DNA of 63,628 bases, the filler included, from Stramenopiles sp. TOSAG23-3 (taxonomy: Eukaryota), in assembly GCA_900128585.1 (NCBI GenBank). It is 14 parts of 14 records of this genome, joined end to end, with 100 filler letters (N's around TTAATTAATTAA, not from the genome) between each part and the next. Parts side by side here need not be neighbours in the genome. Positions count along the whole stretch, not along the records: positions 1 to 19,392 come from LT642402.1; 13 more parts are not named here. One strand, written 5' to 3'. Made by a program: the position numbers and the translations under genes. Under the pieces are notes generated by a model. That model did no database searches. It had not been told where the DNA came from and was given only the letters and a program-made list of their open reading frames with translations. Shown here in pieces: positions 1 through 10,900 of this stretch (its first letter is position 1; each line of letters begins with the position of its first letter).

Positions 1-147
1 AGAGGTGTGTCAAGTGTTCTAGGGAATCCACTCAGTTGCTTTCTGAACACAGTGTCTATCTCTCTAGCACTCTTTTCTTCATATTCTTTTCTTTCTAATA
101 CATTATTACAATATATTATACATAGTATATATATTGATGATCATTAA

Positions 148-398
148 AAGAAGAGAAGGGGAAGAAGAAGCAAGAAGAAGAAGAGAGAAAATAATATAAT
201 TTAATAATAAACTTCGTGGTACTTATATAAGAAGAAAGAAGAAGAAGAAGAAAGAAGAAGAAGAAGAAGAAGAAGAAGAAAGAAGAAAGAAGAAAGAAGG
301 AGAGAAGAAGAAGAAAGAAGAAGAAAGACAAAGAAAGAAGAAGAAAGAAAAAAGAAAGACAAAGAAAGAAAACGAAAGAAGAAAAGAAGAAGAAAAGA
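148..398. repeat. Imperfect (AAG)n / purine-rich microsatellite
   Basis: Long runs of aagaag interrupted by aaag; it generates the spurious Phe/Ser/Leu ORFs on the minus strand. Confidence 0.9.
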
Positions 399-1003
399 TC
401 ATCATTCATTCATCTCTTTTTTTTTTTAAATATGTTGTAATTAGAGCTATAATACAAGAGGATACCACCAAATAATACGCAAGTGGATGGATACGATGTG
501 ATAGTAGTCTAACAATTACAAATATATAAAATAAATAGGAATAATAACATATATATTACACAGCAATAACCAAGGTTGTGTCAATCTTTTTCGCCTCCGT
601 GTGCAACAGTACATTACGAGGAGTTACTCCTCGTATGCTTTATGTTATAATACAATATAGAAGATCAGAAGAAAAAAAGAAAACAACAAGAAAAAGTGTG
701 ATCAAATCCCCATAAATTCCTTAAATGTTACCAATATTACCAAGTATTAAGGCAAGAAATCCTACACTATTGGTGGGGCGAAAAATGATCTAGCTGAAAA
801 CACAAAGAAGGGGCATGAAAAGAAAGGGGGGAAAAGTTAAATTTGACAATAGACACTACGACTTTCTTTTGAATCAGTGGAATCTGGAATTGTTTCCGGA
901 ATTTTAGGAGCTTTTCTTTCCTTTCGTGGTTTCGCTGTCCTTTTTTTTTTTTGAAATCGGTGTCTTCTTTCCTCGGGCCGGGAGGTGACGACGGGCGAGA
1001 CTC

Positions 1004-2599
1004 ATGGCTTCGTTGGTCAGCGGCGAGCCGTCGCCGGAGAAAATGGTGCATTCATGGTTGCGCTTGAGGGTGCCCCAGCTGACGGCAGAAATGATGGAAT
1101 TTCTTGGAAAGGACAAGGGTTGGAAGACGTTGTTGAAGTATGTCGTCAGACCAGAAACGTCGAGAGAAAAACAAGTCCCCGATGGGTTCGTCGAGGAGTC
1201 TGTGAAATACTCGTACAAGGCGACGATGCTCCTGGCGGGCGACGGGGTGGACCACGGGGACTCTTTCGTTCCTTCGTTTCGAGACGTTGACAAAGACTTT
1301 GTTGAAATGGTTGTAGATGGCTTTAGCAATGGATTTCCGGTATGCATGCCGCACCTTTGCCTAATCATTAGGCGACTGCTGGAAAAGAAAGCGGGTGGCT
1401 TCAATATCGGACTGCTTGACTTGCTTTCAGACGACGACGGCGTGCTGCTGAAGCGGTTGTTTATGAAGGGACTGTTCCCCAATATCCATGTTGGGTGTGT
1501 AAATAATTTAATGGTCGACCTCATGTGCATTCCTCAGCCCGTCGGTTTTGTCAGCCATACGAATGATCCTGGAGATTTTTTGTGTAGACCAAGTAATATC
1601 GTGAAATTGGACCGGTCGTTAGCCAGCATGGACATTCTGTCGTCGTTCCTTCGTCTCTTGGACGACCCGGGCGCCTTCGACCCGTTCCGGGCGTCCGTAG
1701 CCGTGGAGACGCTCAAACAATTTTTAGAGCGCTTGTCAAAGTCCCCCCACCACGATAGCATGGTGCAGTACATCGAACAAAACACCCAAGGGGTAGTCAA
1801 CCAAGTTCTCCGAGTCTTCTTCAGGGCAATGGAAAAGGTTGAAGCTGGCGTCGACGCTCTCCTGGAAAAAGAGCGCGCCACCGTCGCTTTGGAGTTCTTA
1901 AATGGTTTTGCCCGGCACGTGTTTCCCCGGAACGTCGAGGGGTTCAAAAACCAACCGTACCGGTCGTTTACGACTAATGTAGCCCCACTTGTAGACAACA
2001 ACTTGAGGCGCATTTGTGGAAAGCTTTTGGATTCGCTTTTGCCGCACGTGACAGAGCTTTCCAAAGCTGTATTTTCTCGGGCCCAACCCCGTGGGCGGCC
2101 AGTAAAGCACACGGCTTACACCGTTTGCGACCCATTCACCTATTACAGGATGCAACAGTTGACCATTTTGTTAGCAATTTTGACAGAAAGCGTTGCGGTA
2201 GGCTGCAGCGACGATGTCCTGGACTCTTTGCCGACGGGTGGCTTTAGCCAAATGTGCCACTGGTGTTTTTATTACTCCCATAGCAACATGTACCACCACC
2301 TCTACCTGCAGTTCCTTGACGTCATTTTGTCTACTAACTACGAGCGGTTCGCTTTGATGGTGATTCAGCCGCCGGGCCACGTTTTGGAATCTCCCGATGC
2401 GGAGGACTTTGTGACCCTCGGAGTCGACGACTATTTGGAAGGCAAAGCGAACAAAAGTAACGTAGGATTTACCCTTTTAGCACTCGGGTGTGTGTACCAG
2501 CACCGTCAGCAACATCTGGAGGCCCACCCCAAGTGGAACGAACTTGGTGAATCGGGCAGGGAACGAGTCCTGAAATTCAAAGAGCAACCAGGTTCTTGA
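1004..2599 (+). CDS. Divergent SAPS-domain protein (SIT4/PP6 phosphatase regulatory subunit-like), 531 aa
   Basis: Intronless GC-rich ORF. Motifs KYSYKATMLL, KHTAYTVCDPFTYYRMQQL and WCFYYSHSNMYHHLY parallel the recalled SAPS motifs KYPNISCELL, KTTWGVLDPPVGNTRL and FFKYPWNNFLH. Confidence 0.55.
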   Translation: MASLVSGEPSPEKMVHSWLRLRVPQLTAEMMEFLGKDKGWKTLLKYVVRPETSREKQVPDGFVEESVKYSYKATMLLAGDGVDHGDSFVPSFRDVDKDFVEMVVDGFSNGFPVCMPHLCLIIRRLLEKKAGGFNIGLLDLLSDDDGVLLKRLFMKGLFPNIHVGCVNNLMVDLMCIPQPVGFVSHTNDPGDFLCRPSNIVKLDRSLASMDILSSFLRLLDDPGAFDPFRASVAVETLKQFLERLSKSPHHDSMVQYIEQNTQGVVNQVLRVFFRAMEKVEAGVDALLEKERATVALEFLNGFARHVFPRNVEGFKNQPYRSFTTNVAPLVDNNLRRICGKLLDSLLPHVTELSKAVFSRAQPRGRPVKHTAYTVCDPFTYYRMQQLTILLAILTESVAVGCSDDVLDSLPTGGFSQMCHWCFYYSHSNMYHHLYLQFLDVILSTNYERFALMVIQPPGHVLESPDAEDFVTLGVDDYLEGKANKSNVGFTLLALGCVYQHRQQHLEAHPKWNELGESGRERVLKFKEQPGS

Positions 2600-3046
2600 A
2601 CGCAGAGGGGGTTTAGGAAAAACCAAGATTATTATTACGTTTTGGGGGAGAGTTAAAAGAAAAAAAACTAGTTTCTCTCGGTTTATCTCAATCTACCGCG
2701 AAAGCGAATCTGCTCCTTTTGTCAATAATCTATCAATCTTTAAAGTTAATATTAAAGTTTTTATTTAAAATGAGAGTCTTAAAACATATACTCTAATACA
2801 ATTTGTTTTTTAAATAAACTGGTGCCACACACAATCCCAAATGTTTCCATTTTGATTAAAAAAACAAAATATTATTTTTTTTTTTTTAAATTATTATATA
2901 CTACCGGTAGTATGCCCCAAAATATAAAAAAAGAGACAGAAAAGCTAACTCGGTAATTCTTAAAAATGTTTTCTCCACTTAAAATCTTAAAATACTACGA
3001 CACGAGTAAATATTAATTGCACCCCTGGAGTATTTAACTCCAATTT

Positions 3047-3957
3047 TTAGTGGGCAGGTTTCCCTCTCTTCCGCCTGCGACGTTCTTCGTCGCTCAGCAG
3101 ACATTTCGGCTTTTTCATACGCTTCATTACAACGTTGGGAAGGTGCATGGACTCTTGGTACCGTAACGATTTCCATATATTTTTTCTAGTTTCTAATATC
3201 AAAGCTTCGTTCTGTAAAATCTTTGACGATCGCTTAGTTGAGGGGCGAATGTACGCATTGAAAGATCCCCCTAGCGCAGAGTTGTAGTCAAACTTATCAT
3301 TTATCATGTTTCTTCTTAATTGTGGCATTTTCAACGACGGGAAGTACCCCCGCTTTCTGCCGTAAGTTCCAGCTTTCACAGACGACGATCCAAACTCGTA
3401 GTTCTTTGGTCTCCATCGTTTCATCCAATCTTCATGGCTTACCGTCTGACAAATACTTCGCGGCGCAGTTGTAAACGGGACAGCAATCGGACTATGGGAA
3501 TAGTGTCTATATTTGGACGGGGTGCAAGGCTTTGGATACGCTTGAGATTTCCTGTCTGGTACGACTGCGGAACAAATTTATCATCGTTTGGAATTGGCGC
3601 GGAAAAGGATACGGACTTACGATTGGGTGACAAAAAAGGCATGCTGCTATTCAAGTTAGACGTCGATGCCCGCTTGAACTGGTCCAAACTCAGTGGCGCC
3701 CCGCTAGTCATGAGTCCAGGAGATGATTGGGACCCTGCCATTCTTCTACGCTTTGCTCCCATTTCAGGGGTTTTCATGCCGCTGAGAACAATCTTTTTCT
3801 CTGTCCAGGGCAACGGGAACACCTGGTCCGGCACCGCACGGCCAACCACCTCTTTCCCGTCTACAATAAACCGTCGCCGGTCGCGCTTGACCTGTCTCTT
3901 GTTCCGAAACATATATGTTTGAGCCCATTGCGACTCAATAATCTGAATGTCGGCCAT
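3047..3957 (-). CDS. Hypothetical basic protein, 284 aa, two exons (3621..3957, 3047..3564)
   Basis: A 56-nt intron at 3565..3620 (GTAAGT...TTTGTTCCGCAG) joins ORFs 3439..3957 and 3047..3424 in frame (...SPN-L-VPDRKSQAYP...HEDWMKRW...). Confidence 0.7.
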
Positions 3958-4944
3958 GATTCAATAGAACCCGGACCGGTAAGGACGAACAAACGCTTTT
4001 TTCTGTCAGACTATAGATTATACATTATGATAAATGCAAAAAGTGAATTGAATTAGTATAGTAAGTGCGAAAAAAGTATAATAGTCTGTATGCATTATAA
4101 TGAATGAAATATTTATTAGTTCTAAATAAAAAATACCAACAAGCATATATAAATAAAAAAGTGTCAAAAATATATAATTTAAAAAACATGAGGAGAAGAA
4201 GAAGAAGATGTGAGAAGAAAGAATCGGTATGTTTATAATTTAAAATATAATAGTCTACCACCGACCATCTCCTCATTTATTATATTCACAAAAAAAAAAA
4301 GAAAGGAATATATATTTTATTATTATTACAACCAAACACCACCACACCACCAACAACAAAAAAACAAAAAAACAAAATTTTAAAATTATTAAAAAAAAAA
4401 AACGGATGATCAATCAACAAATCAACAACAACAAATAATATCACAATATGACGACACCAAATAGTCGTCCTCCAGCAAAATACGAAAAATAGCAATAAAG
4501 AAAAATAATGAAATAGAGAATCCTGAAGAAAGAAAGGTGTGAAGAGGTGAAAAATACAATTTAAAACATACTCTATACAATTTTGTTTTTTAAAGCTCAA
4601 TCAATCTAATACTCCGGATTGTTTTTTAATGATCGCTTTTGCAACGTAGCTAAGGCGTCTCCCTATATCAAGATCATTCACGTCTTTCTGTCAATGGGGG
4701 ATGGGCCCGTCAACCCCATATTGCGAGCGTGGCGCGATAGATTTCCGGAACGTAGCAGCAAACGACATTTCGTGGTTCCGTGGTTCCTTTTTCCAACATG
4801 GGCGCATTCCCGCACGCCTTTTTCACACCTTGCAACATCAATTAAATTTAAAAAACTTTCAATCACGAAAATTATTTTTATTATGTTTCATAGGTAAAAT
4901 TATGTACGGGGGAGTAAAAAATACTCTGGGTGCGGTCGATTTTA

Positions 4945-6258
4945 CTACTTGTTCCTCAATTCAAACTCCGCTTCGGCGCTCGCCTTGGCGTGCTTCTGCC
5001 ACGTATTGGTAATCAACTTCTTCGCCTTTTCCCTATTAGAAGTTGCTAACACTTCTTTCGTGGCGACGTCATCAAATTTAGGCGCTGGAGGTTTTCGTAC
5101 CCCGCCTGCTTTGTCGGCCGCTATCGTGTCCTTGTTTGCAAGGGTGTTTTTTACTACCATCAAGCGTTCCATAATAGATTCCTCCGTACGGGCAACGTGC
5201 TTGATTTGGTCCAAACGGTCCTTGCGTTGCGTTTCGAACCATGATTTTCGTGTTTGGCACTCGCTCTTCCACGCTTCCAAATCAGCTTTGGTCATGTCTA
5301 CGTCTTCCTTTGTGACGGAGTGGGGCACGCCCACCATGGAGTGGTTCCCCTTCTTGCTGCTTCCGTCAAGTCCGAATTTTTTGCCGTCGGGCGAGAAGCC
5401 TAGCTCCCGCATCTCTTTCGCAATGCTTGTGCTGGTTGCGTTGATCTTCTTCTGGAGGTGTTCCAGGCGTTCCTTGGACGCGTCCCGCGTCGTGTGCGAC
5501 TCCTCGTACGAAACGTACGCGGCTTCTTCGATGGAGTGCTCCCGTGCCTGCTCTCGGTCGAACTGCGACAGTAATTCAGAAAGGGTGCTGTGGACTTTGT
5601 GCGCGTCTGGCGACTCCCACTCTAATGTATCCTTGTCGCCGCCCACTTCGAGCAACGAGGCCCCCTCTTTGGGCTCTTCCTTGGCCTGCGCAAAATGCTT
5701 CTCCATAACGGACACCATGCTTTCTAACACGCGACCGTACTGGTTGTACCGAGACTGATGCTCGACGAACTGGGAGTGGGCGGCGTCGCGGACGTTGGCG
5801 CTCAGGGAGTAGGTCTCCATGTCCGCCGTGTAGCCCTCGTTCAACCGCTTCGCCAGCTGCTGCGTGCTCTTGTACTGGATCCAAAGCCTGTCCCCCTTGC
5901 GCTTCTTCATCATGCGATCAAGTTTGTGCGCCGCGTTGGCGGCCTTGGTGGCCAGGTCTTTGTTGCCTTTGCTTTCGCTGTCGTCGCCGGCACCTAACTT
6001 GGCCTTCAACGTGGCGACCTTGTCTACCAAGGCGCGCTCGCGGCGTTGGCAGTGGGCTTCCGAAGAAGTTTCCCGTGCAGACGCAGACGCGTCGGCGCGC
6101 TCCAAGTTATCTTTAACCACTTTCAAAAGGTCTAGAATGTTGTTGGCGGGCGTCCCCGCCTCCGTTGCTGCACGAACTTGTTCAGAAACGGATACAGCGT
6201 CCAGGGACGCGGCACTAAGCCCTAACGCGCATACCGTAAGAATCCAACTAGACTTCAT
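4945..6258 (-). CDS. Secreted coiled-coil protein resembling trichocyst matrix (TMP/Grl) proteins, 437 aa
   Basis: N-terminal signal peptide MKSSWILTVCALGLSAA, two long helical halves, two mature-region Cys, central SLLEV motif. Confidence 0.55.
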   Translation of the reverse strand: MKSSWILTVCALGLSAASLDAVSVSEQVRAATEAGTPANNILDLLKVVKDNLERADASASARETSSEAHCQRRERALVDKVATLKAKLGAGDDSESKGNKDLATKAANAAHKLDRMMKKRKGDRLWIQYKSTQQLAKRLNEGYTADMETYSLSANVRDAAHSQFVEHQSRYNQYGRVLESMVSVMEKHFAQAKEEPKEGASLLEVGGDKDTLEWESPDAHKVHSTLSELLSQFDREQAREHSIEEAAYVSYEESHTTRDASKERLEHLQKKINATSTSIAKEMRELGFSPDGKKFGLDGSSKKGNHSMVGVPHSVTKEDVDMTKADLEAWKSECQTRKSWFETQRKDRLDQIKHVARTEESIMERLMVVKNTLANKDTIAADKAGGVRKPPAPKFDDVATKEVLATSNREKAKKLITNTWQKHAKASAEAEFELRNK

Positions 6259-7918
6259 CGTTTTACTACAACACTGTTACTATGCACAATAAGTAGAGGG
6301 ATCCAAGAACCAAACAGACGAGGACGCTATTTTCTTTCTTAATATATAATAATAAAAAGAAAAGACAAACAACCAGAACCGTCAGTTGAGTCAACAGAAC
6401 GAGAAACACTTGACGAAGTATGACGTTCCGTTTCGTTTCGTTTCCTTCCTTCCTTTTTCAACTTGTTGGCCTTTCCCCTTTCTTTCTTTCTTTCTTTCTT
6501 TCTTTTCTTTTCTTTCTTGCTTAATATACTCCTTGGATTCCAATGAAATTGTAAAAATAAGAGAGTAATAAAAATTGTATTCAAGCGACCTTTTATATAG
6601 ATAATAATTATAGTTTTATTATTATAAATATATCGCTATGATATATACTTATTATAACATTAGAATACAATTATAAATAGGTAATATATATCATCTGGAT
6701 TGTACTTTCATAGGATAATAATAAGTATAATATATCATAGTATACATCCCCCCCACTTTTTTAGTTAAAAAATGAATTTGATCTCCTACGACGACACCTC
6801 AGAATTCAGAATCTATTTCTACTTTCTATTGGTTTGGTGTACATTAATAATGTAATCTCCATTACGTACTTGTTATGTATTTAGATTACCTGAAACTGAA
6901 ACACCTTTTCTTTTTTTTTATACTTTGAAAATATTATTGATTTTGTATTTTGTATAACACTTTTAAGATCTGTGTTTGTGTTTGTTTGTGTTAGATTTAG
7001 TTAGAGATTTAGACCGACTACTTCCAACACACTTTCTTTGTTCTACTTAAATGAATGATACATGTAGTGTAATCATAGCCTTTAATGATTCTCGTATAAT
7101 GATATAATTCAGTATACTTAATGAGTTATATTTGTATTGTAATTATAGATAATATTTTTAATATTGTATGAATTACATAATTGTTATATATAGGAATAAA
7201 TACAATTTTATATACTTGAATAAATAATAGATTACATGATTTTTTCTTTTTCTGTGCGTTTTTTCCACCGTTAAACTTGTTCGGTTATACTGTCCATAGA
7301 TAACATCTATACAGCATTGTCAAAAATGAAATCTTCCATCCTTTCTTCTTTGATTGAGTTCAAAGCTAAGAGCTTTGCTTTCTTTCTTTCTTTCTTTCCG
7401 TTAATTTAATTAGTGTTGTGTTTATGTTAAAAAATGACAGAAAACATTCTTTCTTTCTACCCCAACACCTCTTATGTAATACATCTAAGGGAAGTAGATT
7501 GTTTTACACTGAATCAATTGAATCATTTAAATTAAAAATAACTATAATTACAATGTGTAAATAATATAATATTTAAATTATATTTAAATACTAATCCTTA
7601 ATAAGAAAAAAGTGTGTTTTTTTTTAATAATTATTTTTTTATTTTTTATTTAGCAGAAGATGTACTGATGATAATAGGTAGTCGTAGGAAGAAGAAGTAA
7701 TATAAAAGTAGTAATCCATTTTCCCAAATTTCCAATTTCTTCAAGACAGTAGACAAGAAAGATAAATTGAATGATTCAACAAAGAAATGTTTTTAATGTT
7801 TCTGACGAATAGATTAATGAGCCAGGAAGTATATTTCTAACTGAGATTAGTTATTTGCGTTTTGAGGGAAGAAGAACACGAACGTATATATATATAACAT
7901 ACTTGCGAATAGGACGCC

Positions 7919-10900
7919 ATGGCTGGAAAAGCGAAGAACCCGATGGAGCCAACGACAGCGGTGACCCACCACTATATGTTCGGTTTGGAGGTCGACGTGT
8001 CGCCCTCCATTTTGTATTTAGACGAAGGAAATGTTGTACACCCAGTAGGTCATAATGTTGCAATTTTTAACGTCGAGAACAGGCGCCAGAAACTAATCCA
8101 TGGGATGCCGTGGGACGGGACCGGGGTCCGAGGTATCACCGCAATGGCCATGCCACCGCGGCGAAACGCCATTGTTATTGCCGAACGCGGCGAGCGCGCG
8201 TTGCTTCACATTTACGACACCCAATTTTTCCGGAAAAAAAAGACCCTCGTGACGTCCGAAGTCCTCAGCAATGAGTATGTGTCCGTGTCGTTCTCGGACA
8301 ACAAGACGATCATTTCACAAGGTGGTGCGCCCGACTGGACGCTCGTGCTCTGGGCGTACGACAAGGGGAAAGTCCTCGCGCTGGCCAAGGTGTCGAACGC
8401 GCAGAACTCGCCGATTTACCACGTCAGTTTTTGCCCAGAAGACCCCAGCATGGTCCTTGTCACCGGTGACACAATCATCAAGTTCTTCAGGGTTCAGGAC
8501 GGTGCATTCAAGCCCGTGAACCCGAACCTTAGCAAACGGGAACCACAGAACTATCTGTCGCACAGCTGGCTCCCAGACGATCAGGCCATTGTCGCGACGG
8601 ACGACGCGCAGCTGCTGCTGTTCGAAAACGCAGAACTTCGAACGCAGTGGACGACGGGGGACGACGGGGGCGTCGTAAACTGCATCGTTGCGTACTCGAA
8701 GGGGTTCATCTGTGGGGGTGAGAACGGAGTCGTGCGAGTGTTTGAAAAGTCGGAAGATGGCAGGGAGCCGTACAAGCGCTCCACCACGTTAGAGATCGAC
8801 GACAACCGGTCCCAGATCAAGAGCATGGCGGTCAGCTTGAACGAGGAGACCCTCGTCATTACGACCCAGGACCGGCAAATATACGTCCTTCAGCTGTCCA
8901 ACTTGGACATTTTGAAAGGGGCGGACACGAACTTTGAACTCCTGGCGACCCCATTGCACGAGCCGAACTTGAGCGGCCGATCGATCATCACCGGGATGGA
9001 CGTTTGCGTGCGCAAGCCGCTCATGGCCACGTGTGCCGCGGACAAGTCCGTGCGAATCTGGAATTACGTCGACAAAACCATGGAGCTGATGCGGGTGTTT
9101 GAGGAGGATCCGTGCAGCGTAGCAATGCACCCGTCTGGTCTGCACATCCTCGTGGGTTTCACGGACAAGCTTCGCCTGATGAACCTTTTGATGGACGACA
9201 TTACCTCGATCAAAGAGTTCAGCATCAAAGCGTGCATCGAGTGCCGGTTCTCGAACGGGGGCGATTTGTTTGCCGCGGCGGCCGGGAACGCGATCAACGT
9301 GTACAATTTTTACACCTTTGCGTGCATTGCCCAGTTGCGGGGCCACAACCAAAAGGTCCTTACCATCAACTTTGACCCGATTGGCCAGGGCCTTCTCAGT
9401 GCAGGCATGGACGGCGGCGTTATATTTTGGGACTTGACGAAGGGCGTCCGAAGCGGCGAGCTTAGCCAGAAGGGGGTCGTGTACACCAGCGCGATTGTCG
9501 GGCCGAACAAGGAAGTCTTGGCGACGGGCACGGACAAACTAGTGAAATCGATCGAGTACGACACGGAGGGCGTGGGCTCTGTGGTGAAAGAATTAGAAAG
9601 CAATACCGCCCTTGGTCAAATATGCCTTTCGAACAGCGGGAAAACCCTGTTCGCTGGGGTCACTGACGGGGGTCGCCCCGGCGCCATGCGGGTGTACACT
9701 TACCCGATTACCGGGCATTTTGTCGAGTACCAGGCGCATGCTGGGCCCATCACCCGCGTTCGCATATCGAAGGACGACAAGTGGCTCTTCACGTGTGGCG
9801 AAGACGGGATGGTTGCCGTGTACAACGTGGCCGAGGCGGTCATCTCCAGCGATAAGAAAAAGTCTGGAGGCAAACAAAAGACAGACCACCTGAACTTTGC
9901 CGAGGAGATCTTGGTGACCAAGAGTGACCTGGAAGAGAAGCAGATTCGCATGAACGAGCTAACGTCCAAAGTGGAAGAGCTTACGCTTCACAACGAGTAC
10001 CAGCTTCGCCTTAAAGACATGAACTACGCGGAAAAAATCAAGGAAGTGACGGAAAAGTTTACCCAAGAGCTTGACGCGGATAAGCGCAAGTACAACCTGC
10101 TAATGGAAGAGAAGGACGACATGAAGCTGGAGTACGAGTACAAGATCAAGACCCTGCAATCTCGGCAAACGCGGGAGACGGAGGAGCTCGAGACGAACTA
10201 CCAGCACAAGGTCAAAGCCGAGGTCGATAGGTATGAAAAGCTGGTTCAAGAGCGCGACGAAATGAACCAGGAGTGGGACGACAAGAACGAAATGTTGATC
10301 GAAGCCCACCAAAAGTACATGGGGGAGCTCACGGAAGATTATGAGCAGAAGCTTCAGGAGGAAAGTGAGAACCAACAGCGCATCGACGAGGAGAAAGGCA
10401 ATATGATCAACTCCTTCGAAGAAAACAAGGGGAACGTGGAGGACGATGCAGATAGTGAAATTGAAGAGCTGAAGCGAAAGTACCAGGGAAAGTTAGCGGC
10501 GGAGAAAAACGCCACACTTCGCCTGAAGGGAGAGAACGGTTTGATGCGAAAAAAATTTAGCGCCCTCCAAAAGGATATCGAAGACCAACGGGATGAGCTC
10601 AAGTCCATGCTGGAGAAGCAGCAGCAGTTGTACGAAAAGATTAAGGGGTTAGAAAAGGACATTCAGGGTCACAAAAAGGAAATTAACGAGCGGGACGAAA
10701 CGATACAGGACAAGGAGAAGCGAATTTATGATTTGAAGAAGAAAAACCAAGAATTGGAGAAGTTCAAATTTGTGCTTGACTATAAGATTAAGGAGCTGAA
10801 GCGTCAAATCGAACCCCGGGAGAACGAAATTGCCGACATGGCCCAGCAAATCAAGGAAATGGACCAAGAGCTGGAGCAGTACCACAAAAGCAATGCGGCG

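Noticed and set aside
116-409. Phe/Ser/Leu-rich ORFs here, and the Arg/Lys/Glu ORF at 14344..14685
   Set aside because: Translations of AAG microsatellites
3439-3564. Possible programmed frameshift between ORFs 3439..3957 and 3047..3424
   Set aside because: Fully explained by a canonical 56-nt GT-AG intron
4735-4762. TCCGGAACGTAGCAG resembling SRP RNA helix 8
   Set aside because: It lacks the CAGG half of the symmetric loop, and the bases around GGAA do not pair
7240-7380. Protein-like minus-strand frame in the long spacer
   Set aside because: Short, interrupted by stops, with no recognisable motif
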